DNA from: Treponema sp.
GTDB lineage: Bacteria; Spirochaetota; Spirochaetia; Treponematales; Breznakiellaceae
Direction: 5' to 3'
Assembly: GCA_009784935.1 (NCBI GenBank)
Contig: WQXI01000016.1
Span: 442-24,441, forward strand
Length of the DNA stretch: 24,000 bases
Part shown: one piece after another, positions 6,957 through 14,920 of the stretch
Numbering within the stretch: position 1 is the stretch's first letter
Layout: each line of letters begins with the position of its first letter
Translations under genes and position numbers: made by a program
Notes under the pieces: generated by a model
The model's input: only the letters and a program-made list of their open reading frames with translations
Database searches by the model: none
Told to the model about the DNA's origin: nothing

Positions 6957-7020
6957 TTCGTGAAAATACCGTAGGTATTAGTTCGTGCAAGTACCGAAGG
7001 TACTAATTCGTGGTAAAAAT
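6957..7020. repeat. 25-bp tandem repeat (about 2.5 units) in the thyA-folA spacer
   Basis: TTCGTG occurs at 6957, 6982 and 7007, an exact 25-bp period. Units are TTCGTG-aaaaTACCGTAGGTAttag and TTCGTG-caagTACCGAAGGTActaa. Each has a small internal hairpin (GTACC-GAA-GGTAC). The end TTCGTGGTAAAAATT resembles the CTCCGTGGTAAAATT end of the heptamer element. Confidence 0.75.
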
Positions 7021-7029
7021 TTTTAAATA

Positions 7030-7896
7030 TCATACGGCAATCTCAAACTTTATCGCAGGATGAGGATCGTAATTTTCTACGATTGTGTCGTCATAGTGCC
7101 ACTCAAATATCGATGTAAATTTTTCTGTTTTAATTCTAGGAAGCTCTTTTGGCTTTCGCGTTAGCTGCAAACTAATTGCATTAATATGATTTACATAAAT
7201 ATGCACATCACCCAAAAAGCCGATTAATCTGCCTTCGCCCAAGTTTGCTTCTTTTGCCAGCAAGTGTAAAAGACAGCCGTAACTTGCAATATTAAAAGGC
7301 AGCCCCAGCGCGACATCGACCGATCGCTGATTCCAAAGCAGGTTAAGCTTACCGTCAATAACAGTCACCTGAAAACTATAATGGCATGGAGGCAATGCCA
7401 TGCGGTGTAAGTCGCTAGGGTTCCACGCGCTGACAATCATTCGGCGGTCATCGGGATTTGTTTTTAATGTCTGTACAAGTTTTTTTAGCTGATCAACGCC
7501 GCTGCCTTCCGGCGAACTGTTATACGCAGTATATTTTGCACCAAAGTTACGCCATTGCCAGCCATATATAGGACCAAGCTCACGTTCGTTCATCATTTTT
7601 GTTTTTGTTTGTTCGTCATTACCGTACGGAACAACATCGGGGCTGCACCATTCGTCCCATATCGAATTTTTTTGTTCTTTTAGCCATTCTTTGTCGGTAT
7701 ACCCGCGGATAAAAAATTCGAGTTCTGAGCGAACCATGCGGAACGGCACTTTTTTTGTGGTTAAAAGCGGGAAACCCTCAGACATATCATGTTCAAACAT
7801 AGCGCCAGCGATGGAAAGAGCGTCTACGCCGGTACGGTTAGTTTTTCTAAAACCGGTGTCGAGTATTTTTTGTACGATATCAAGATATGCTTTCAT
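7030..7896 (-). CDS. thyA: Thymidylate synthase (ThyA type)
   Basis: 288 aa with ThyA hallmarks: active-site LPPCH, TKK.PF, WNPSD, NQRS.D, and C-terminal ..IAV. Its ATG overlaps the upstream stop as ATGA (7896..7893). Confidence 0.95.
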   Translation of the reverse strand: MKAYLDIVQKILDTGFRKTNRTGVDALSIAGAMFEHDMSEGFPLLTTKKVPFRMVRSELEFFIRGYTDKEWLKEQKNSIWDEWCSPDVVPYGNDEQTKTKMMNERELGPIYGWQWRNFGAKYTAYNSSPEGSGVDQLKKLVQTLKTNPDDRRMIVSAWNPSDLHRMALPPCHYSFQVTVIDGKLNLLWNQRSVDVALGLPFNIASYGCLLHLLAKEANLGEGRLIGFLGDVHIYVNHINAISLQLTRKPKELPRIKTEKFTSIFEWHYDDTIVENYDPHPAIKFEIAV

Positions 7897-8375
7897 ACCT
7901 TTAATGCCTGCGCAGATAAACTACCGTTATGGATTTGTTCTTTTACATAAAAGCCGTAAGTTTTATCATGGATTGCAATATGACTAAAAATCCAGTCTTT
8001 AAGAGTACGGACAAAATGATTGGGTACAAAATGTTTGCCTTCGTTATATTCTTTTGCCGCTTCTAGAATATCCTTAATTAAAATATCATGCATTTTTTTA
8101 TGCTCATTCAGCTGAGGATAATTTATTGTTTTTAGTAGTTTTATTTCGTCATCAAAGTGAAAATGGACATACTCCACCATCTTGTGCATTGCTTCTTTAA
8201 ATACAGTTTGGAGCATATCAGGTTTGGCAATGCAGGCAACATATAATTGATTTGTAAGCTCAACAAGCTTTTTATGCTGAACGTCTATTACTTCGATTCC
8301 TGTTGCATACTTTTCATCCCAAACAACAATTTCTGCCGTTTCCTGCTTTTTTTCCTGCTGGTCATTATTAGTCAT
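7893..8375 (-). CDS. Hemerythrin-like metal-binding domain protein (bacteriohemerythrin)
   Basis: W-DEKYATGIEVIDVQHKKL, HFHFDDEIKLL, EHKKMHD and DWIFSHIAIHDK give the H..HxxxE..H..HxxxxD ligand pattern. The ORF is open to a TTG at 8411, but ATG 8375 (MTNNDQ..) or ATG 8384 are more plausible starts. Confidence 0.8.
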   Translation of the reverse strand: MTNNDQQEKKQETAEIVVWDEKYATGIEVIDVQHKKLVELTNQLYVACIAKPDMLQTVFKEAMHKMVEYVHFHFDDEIKLLKTINYPQLNEHKKMHDILIKDILEAAKEYNEGKHFVPNHFVRTLKDWIFSHIAIHDKTYGFYVKEQIHNGSLSAQALKV

Positions 8376-8382
8376 ATCGAAC

Positions 8383-8411
8383 ATTATACCAAAAAACAGG
8401 AAAAAAGGCAA
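8383..8411 (-). promoter_or_regulatory. Putative promoter of the hemerythrin-thyA-folA unit
   Basis: On the minus strand: TTGCCT (8411..8406), 17 nt, TATAAT (8388..8383), 7 nt, ATG (8375). There is no Shine-Dalgarno sequence. Confidence 0.4.
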
Positions 8412-8441
8412 TTAGACCTTATTTTATAAATATGTTATAAA
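8412..8441 (+). promoter_or_regulatory. Putative promoter of the NUDIX gene; contains a direct repeat
   Basis: TTAGAC (8412-8417), 18 nt, TATAAA (8436-8441), 7 nt, ATG 8449. TTATAAATAT is directly repeated at 8424-8433 and 8435-8444. There is no Shine-Dalgarno sequence. Confidence 0.3.
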
Positions 8442-8448
8442 TATCTCT

Positions 8449-9024
8449 ATGAACAAAACACATTTGGCGTGGGAAGAAACCAGCCGCAAAAAAACATATG
8501 AATGTAAGATATTTTCGATTTCGGAGTCTTATTGCAAATCACCGAGGCAAATAACGAAGGCTGATCCAAAAGCTGAACCGCACACTTTTACTATCATCGA
8601 TACAAAAGATTGGGCTATTGTTATTCCGGTTATCGAAACCCCTGCGGGCAAAAAGTTTTTAATGGTGTGGCAGTGGCGGCATGGCTCGCAATGCCTGAGC
8701 CTAGAGTTTCCAGGCGGTGTTTTTGAACCCGGCGAAAATCCGGAAGAAGCCGCCGCAAGAGAATTATACGAAGAAACAGGATACAAACCGCAAAAGATAA
8801 AAAAGCTTGGGGATTTTAGTCCTAACCCGGCAATGATGTCAAACAAGGTTCACTTTTTTCTTGCCGAGGATCTAATTGATACAGGTAAGCAAGAACTAGA
8901 CGAAGATGAATATGTCGAAATTGAAATAGTCGATGCAGACGAAGTTATAAAAGGAATGGGCAAAGCCCCGTACATTCATTCACTTATGGGAACTGCCCTG
9001 TCGTTGTATTTCCAAGACAAGTAG
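8449..9024 (+). CDS. NUDIX hydrolase (ADP-ribose pyrophosphatase-like)
   Basis: Nudix box GGVFEPGENPEEAAARELYEETGY (G-x5-E-x7-REUxEExGU). 191 aa. Confidence 0.85.
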   Translation: MNKTHLAWEETSRKKTYECKIFSISESYCKSPRQITKADPKAEPHTFTIIDTKDWAIVIPVIETPAGKKFLMVWQWRHGSQCLSLEFPGGVFEPGENPEEAAARELYEETGYKPQKIKKLGDFSPNPAMMSNKVHFFLAEDLIDTGKQELDEDEYVEIEIVDADEVIKGMGKAPYIHSLMGTALSLYFQDK

Positions 9025-9034
9025 AACTCTTATG

Positions 9035-9166
9035 GCGGTTTACGACGTTTTGCAAAGCAAAATGTAAGGCGGCTTTCGCCGCCCGTAAACCGCTGAGATA
9101 GACGACGTTCACGAAGTGTAATGTCGTCTATCGTGTAAGTATGCGACGTTTTAATGTCGCATACTT
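9035..9166. repeat. Three consecutive perfect stem-loops between convergent genes
   Basis: H1: GCGGTTTACG (9035-9044) pairs with CGTAAACCGC (9084-9093) and encloses two inner hairpins (TTTTGC-AAA-GCAAAA; GGCGGC-TTTC-GCCGCC). H2: GATAGACGAC (9097-9106) pairs with GTCGTCTATC (9123-9132). H3: AAGTATGCGAC (9137-9147) pairs with GTCGCATACTT (9156-9166). H2 and H3 share the stem-loop junction CGAC-GTT..AAT-GTCG; H1 has CGACGTT only on its 5' side. No U-tract on either strand. Confidence 0.8.
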
Positions 9167-9170
9167 GTTA

Positions 9171-9866
9171 CTATCTTGGTATTTCCAAAACCATGCCGGG
9201 AAGGATTAAATCAGGATTGTCTGGTTCGGGCATTCTGGATTTGTTGGCTTCATAGAGTTCTCTCCATCTAAAGGGATCTCCATATACCCAAGAATAACCT
9301 GCGATATTCCACAGACAGTCTCTTTCTACTCTCCATGTTCTTACAATATATTGTCTGTTAGAGCCGGTTGCAGTACCAGTGCCAGTCCCCGCTCCTGTTC
9401 CGGTTCCAGTACCAGTTCTTGAAGCCGATGCGGTTCTTCCGGGTTCGAACGCCGCAAATATTTCTATCGAGTTCATTGCAGCTTCGATTGCGTCACCCCA
9501 TTCTTCTTCTGATTGAGCGGCAACAGCTTCTTCGTAATATTCTTTTCCTTGATTAAAATTAATCGGGAACCTGTCTGCTATATTGTTTCTTTCGGCTAAA
9601 TCCATCAAACGTTTTGCTTCTATAATTAACTGTTCGGCAACATATTCGTCAGATAACCCGGCAAAAAGAATTGCTTCATTGGCGAACCCTGCGCTTGCCT
9701 GATAATCGCCGATTTCATACATTTCCTGCGCAAGTTTTGATAAACGAAGGCTTTCGATATAAAACTCATTATTGCTGATTCTTTGATCTACCTGTGCAAA
9801 TGCAGACACTGCAAAAAACAAGGATACAATCACAACTGCAATTATTTTATTGTTAAGATTCCTCAT
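9171..9866 (-). CDS. Secreted LysM-domain (peptidoglycan-binding) protein
   Basis: Signal peptide IIAVVIVSLFFAVSAFA. Helical N-domain, then a Thr/Gly linker (TGTGTGTGAGTGTGTATG). C-terminal LysM-like block YIVRTW..DCLWNIAGY..YGDP..W..LYEAN......PDLILPGMVLEIP. GAAGGAGG Shine-Dalgarno. ATGA overlap with the upstream gene. Confidence 0.8.
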   Translation of the reverse strand: MRNLNNKIIAVVIVSLFFAVSAFAQVDQRISNNEFYIESLRLSKLAQEMYEIGDYQASAGFANEAILFAGLSDEYVAEQLIIEAKRLMDLAERNNIADRFPINFNQGKEYYEEAVAAQSEEEWGDAIEAAMNSIEIFAAFEPGRTASASRTGTGTGTGAGTGTGTATGSNRQYIVRTWRVERDCLWNIAGYSWVYGDPFRWRELYEANKSRMPEPDNPDLILPGMVLEIPR

Positions 9867-10846
9867 CTTACGCCTCCTTCAATTAATCTTTCTGCTTCTT
9901 GAGCGGCTCCGCTGCTTTCTTCGATTTTTTCACCTGCAAGCCTGATAGCTTCTTCCGCTCTAACGCGCCTTTCTTCGGTTTCTTTTCTGGAGATTGCATA
10001 AATCGCTTCTGCTTCTACAAAAGTAATTCCGGCAACATTAAAGTTTTCGGCTCTAAAGTTTTCTTCTGCTCTGCCAAAAATAGCTTCTCCCTCGCGGAAA
10101 GTATCGCGGGAAGCAATGTTTGCTCTTTCTGATACAGCAAGTTCTCTTTCTGAAACAGCGGCTGTTCTGCGTTCTCTCGCGTACACTGTCCAACCGTTAG
10201 AAAGTACAATATTGTAACGAAGAAGAGCTTCTTCTGCGCCGGCTAAAGCTCCCTCTTTATCGCCTTTTTCGTATGCTTCGATTGCTGTCTGGGCAACGCT
10301 GTCGGCTCTGGTAAAATTGTCAGCGTCATATTGCGTAAATCCGCGATCGATGATTTCTTGTCTTGCCAAAAATACATTAGCGCCCATTTCAAGAGTTTCG
10401 TATTCTTCCAATGCCTCAAATGCGGTATCTCTTGCTTTGTAATAATCCTCTGCATCATACTGCTCTTTTGCGGCAAGCGCGAGATCATCTGCTTTTTTTA
10501 AGTATTCCGGGAAAACTTCGGTAAATCCTGTATGTATCAGCTGTTCCCTCGCGGCGAGAATTTCATCTTCTATTGCCTGAGCGTAAAGCGGAACTGTTTT
10601 CTTAAAAAGTTCGTCATAGGCATCTGCAGCAATGCTGTATTCGGCAGCACTGTTGGCTGCTTCGTACAGGGTTTCCAGAGTTTCCCATTCGCTGGGAAAA
10701 TAAGCCGGAACTTCAAAGTCAATTGCCCTCTGTCTGGCTTCCTTTGCCCTGTCTTCTTCGACTTTTGCGCCTGTGGTATTACATGAAACGCCTAAAAATG
10801 CAACCAATGCTATTGTTAATAGAATAAAAAAGCTGTTTTTCTTCAT
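9863..10846 (-). CDS. Helical-repeat lipoprotein (Ala/Glu-rich)
   Basis: The start is placed at ATG 10846 (MKKNSFFILLTIALVAFLGVSC; lipobox LGVSC) with AAGGAGGGG directly upstream. The longer ORF to 10960 has no signal peptide or ribosome-binding site. About 4 internal repeats of the type AR..(I)I..GF......F..A......A.E.Y. Confidence 0.7.
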   Translation of the reverse strand: MKKNSFFILLTIALVAFLGVSCNTTGAKVEEDRAKEARQRAIDFEVPAYFPSEWETLETLYEAANSAAEYSIAADAYDELFKKTVPLYAQAIEDEILAAREQLIHTGFTEVFPEYLKKADDLALAAKEQYDAEDYYKARDTAFEALEEYETLEMGANVFLARQEIIDRGFTQYDADNFTRADSVAQTAIEAYEKGDKEGALAGAEEALLRYNIVLSNGWTVYARERRTAAVSERELAVSERANIASRDTFREGEAIFGRAEENFRAENFNVAGITFVEAEAIYAISRKETEERRVRAEEAIRLAGEKIEESSGAAQEAERLIEGGVR

Positions 10847-10910
10847 TAACCCCTCCTTATCGGGAATAAAAGCAGTATACACGATTTTGAATTTTTGGTA
10901 AAGAGTTTCT

Positions 10911-11144
10911 ATGGATAAAATAAGTTTCGAAATAACCAAACATTTTGGTGTAATTTCCAAAGAAAAGAGCGGATGGCAGAAGGAATTGAACCTTGTGTCG
11001 TGGAACGGCAGGGCTCCAAAGCTCGATATCAGGGACTGGGCGCCGGATCATGAAAAAATGGGCAAAGGCGTGACTCTTACAGAGGGCGAAGCGGCGGCTC
11101 TGGCAGAACTGCTGGTTTTTGCCCTCGCCAAAGAGGGGAATTGA
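10911..11144 (+). CDS. YdbC/PC4-like small ssDNA-binding family protein
   Basis: 77 aa. GVIS..KSGWQKELNLVSWNGRAPKLDIRDWAPDHEKMGKGVTLT.EEA..L matches my memory of the YdbC (PC4-like) family signature. Not verifiable here. Confidence 0.55.
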   Translation: MDKISFEITKHFGVISKEKSGWQKELNLVSWNGRAPKLDIRDWAPDHEKMGKGVTLTEGEAAALAELLVFALAKEGN

Positions 11145-11156
11145 TAAAAGAAGAGT

Positions 11157-11263
11157 TCACACGGAGACGCAGTGACACGGAGGACACGGAGCGAATTCTA
11201 AGGTTTTTACTTTTCCTTACCTTATTCTTTGTGATCTCCGTGCCTTTGTGCCTTTGTGTGAGG
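11157..11263. repeat. CACGGAG/CTCCGTG palindromic element, degenerate copy C (upstream of groL)
   Basis: Left arm TTCACACGGAGACGCAGTGACACGGAGGACACGGAG (11157-11192). Right arm CTCCGTGCCTTTGTGCCTTTGTGTGAG (11237-11263). Same heptamer words, imperfect inverted symmetry. Confidence 0.55.
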
Positions 11264-11361
11264 GAATTTACATAAAATAGCTATTGAAGAAAACGAGCGA
11301 ATTTGATAGCTTTATATCTGGGTTCTGATTTGAGCCCAAAATCAATTAATTTCAACCTTAA

Positions 11362-13020
<1,659 letters not shown>

Positions 13021-13121
13021 GCGAACTGTGTTGAAGAGCCTCACACGGGTCTTGCAGCGAAGCTTCTAGCAGGCACAGAGACACAAAGTTTTAATTTAGG
13101 TTTTAAGATTAGGAGCTGTCC

Positions 13122-13235
13122 GAGAAGAATTAGAGACCACAGAGGACACGGAGTAACACAGAGGTTTTTGTTCGAAAATCTTACGCTCTCCGTGAAACTC
13201 CGTGTACTCCGTGGTTAAATTCTTACTTATTGGAC
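13122..13235. repeat. CACGGAG/CTCCGTG palindromic element, copy A (groL-murJ spacer)
   Basis: Left arm CCACAGAGGACACGGAGTAACACAGAGG (13137-13164). Right arm CTCTCCGTGAAACTCCGTGTACTCCGTGG (13186-13214). The arms are imperfect reverse complements. Each arm has 3 heptamers spaced 9-10 bp apart. The outer inverted flank is AAGAATT..CCAC paired with GGTTAAATTCTTA. Confidence 0.85.
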
Positions 13236-13255
13236 ATCTCCTTTTTTTTGGTATG

Positions 13256-13282
13256 TTGAAAGTAACGTCATAAAAGTATACT
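13256..13282 (+). promoter_or_regulatory. Putative murJ promoter
   Basis: TTGAAA (13256-13261), 15 nt, TATACT (13277-13282), 6 nt, ATG 13289. The spacer is short. There is no Shine-Dalgarno sequence. Confidence 0.25.
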
Positions 13283-13288
13283 CTTTGA

Positions 13289-14920
13289 ATGACCATGGAA
13301 AAACAAGACGCCGTCGCTCAATCAATTAATACTCCGCAAACAGTAACGCAGACTGCGAAAACACTTGTCCGCCATGGAACTGTATTGTCTCTTTTAACGC
13401 TGATCTCCCGCGTTCTTGGTCTTCTTAGGGAAATGGTAAAAGCAAGGTTTCTTGGCACTACTGCCCTGTCCGATGCTTTTTCTGTGGCGTTCCTTTTACC
13501 CAATTTGTTCCGCCGTCTTTTTGCAGAAGGTTCTATCTCGGTTGCTTTTATTCCTACTTTTAAAGAACATTTACTGGAAGCTAATAAAGAAAAAACACGC
13601 GAGTTTTTATCATCTATGTTCACCTTTCTTACATTTTTTGTAACGCTTGCTGTTTGCGCCGGTATACTTGCCGCTCCTTTGCTTGTTCGCATTTTTGGAA
13701 TAGAAGAATTTGACGAAACAGTTTTTTTAACAAGAATAATGTTTCCGTTTCTTGGATTTATTTCGCTTGCGGCATTGTTTCAGGGTGTATTAAACAGCCT
13801 GCATATTTTTACGCCATCGGGGCTTGCGCCGATTCTGTTAAACATTGTTACCATTATCGCAGCTTATGTTTTAAGTCCTTACACCGCAAACCCAGCGCGG
13901 GCGATGGCGATTGGAATTCTAGTCGGTGGTTTTTTGGAAGCGGCGATTCAACTGCCGTTTGTATTAAAAAAAGGACAAACATTTTTTATAACAGGATTAA
14001 AACGCGCGTTTAGCAATCCCGGCGTAAAAAAAGTTTTACTGCTTATAGCTCCAACGATTATCGGAATGGCAGCTTATCAAATAAATGATTTGGTTTCTAC
14101 TGCGCTGGCAGGAAGAGCGGGCGAAGGTGTTGTATCCAGCTTGCAGTATTCTCTGCGGCTGCAGGAATTGTTTCTTGGCGTGTTTGCGGTTTCTATAGGG
14201 ACAGTGCTTCTGCCGAATCTTACCGAATACGCAAAAACTTCTCAGTGGGATATTTATAATAAACGGCTGGTTTCTTCCATTAATATTATTGCATTGATAA
14301 CGATTCCAGTTACTTTCTTTTCATTAATGGAAGGACAGAATTTAATCCGCCTTCTTTTTCAGAGTCATAGCTTTGATGAAACTTCGGTTACTCTTACTCT
14401 GGCGGCATTTACATTTCATATGCCGGGGCTTTTGTTTATCGCGCTTAACAGAATTATCGCGCCTGCATTTTATGCGCAAAGTGATACAAAATCACCGACT
14501 ATTGCGGGGATAATTTCTTTTGCCGTGAATATTACCCTTGCCGCTGTATTGGTAGGACCGTACCGGGGAGCGGGAATTGCGTTTGCGCTTACTATTGCTA
14601 GCGCGATAAATACAATTGCGCTTCTTGTTATGCTTGGCAAAAATCCCAATATTGACTTAAAAGCCGTTATAACTCCATCATTATTGTATATAATTAAAAT
14701 GGTTATTCTGTCTGCGCTTGCAATTGTTCCGTTATATTTTATTTCGCCGGTGTTACGCGAAGTTTTTACAGGACACAGCCGTATAATAACGCATGGAGCG
14801 CCGTTAATTATAAATGCTTTTATTTATTTTATTCTTGGAATAACAATGCTTGCGATTGTAAAAGATAAAAATTTATTGGGCTTGCTCGATATGATCAAAA
14901 AGAAAAAGGAAGTACAATGA
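13289..14920 (+). CDS. murJ: Lipid II flippase MurJ (MviN)
   Basis: 543 aa polytopic protein. N-terminal RVLGLLREMVKARFLGTTALSDAFSVAFLLPNLFRRLFAEGSISVAFIPTF is the conserved MurJ signature. Confidence 0.9.
   Translation: MTMEKQDAVAQSINTPQTVTQTAKTLVRHGTVLSLLTLISRVLGLLREMVKARFLGTTALSDAFSVAFLLPNLFRRLFAEGSISVAFIPTFKEHLLEANKEKTREFLSSMFTFLTFFVTLAVCAGILAAPLLVRIFGIEEFDETVFLTRIMFPFLGFISLAALFQGVLNSLHIFTPSGLAPILLNIVTIIAAYVLSPYTANPARAMAIGILVGGFLEAAIQLPFVLKKGQTFFITGLKRAFSNPGVKKVLLLIAPTIIGMAAYQINDLVSTALAGRAGEGVVSSLQYSLRLQELFLGVFAVSIGTVLLPNLTEYAKTSQWDIYNKRLVSSINIIALITIPVTFFSLMEGQNLIRLLFQSHSFDETSVTLTLAAFTFHMPGLLFIALNRIIAPAFYAQSDTKSPTIAGIISFAVNITLAAVLVGPYRGAGIAFALTIASAINTIALLVMLGKNPNIDLKAVITPSLLYIIKMVILSALAIVPLYFISPVLREVFTGHSRIITHGAPLIINAFIYFILGITMLAIVKDKNLLGLLDMIKKKKEVQ

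Noticed and set aside
4519-7020. Whether the 15-bp (4519-4593) or 25-bp (6957-7020) tandem repeats could be a CRISPR array
   Set aside because: The repeats are directly abutting with no unique spacers, the units are far shorter than CRISPR repeats, and there are no cas genes in the window.
10847-10960. N-terminal extension of the lipoprotein ORF (MEITPKCLVISK..)
   Set aside because: The internal ATG 10846 is preceded by AAGGAGGGG and opens a canonical lipoprotein signal with a lipobox. The extension overlaps the divergent YdbC-like gene start and has no signal features.
13096-13296. 66-aa minus-strand ORF sharing TTEYTEFHGE with the folA product
   Set aside because: The similarity comes from translating the same palindromic repeat. 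The ORF spans the groL-murJ spacer and overlaps the murJ start. It has no ribosome-binding site and no other protein-like features. It is useful only as evidence that the folA segment is repeat-derived.
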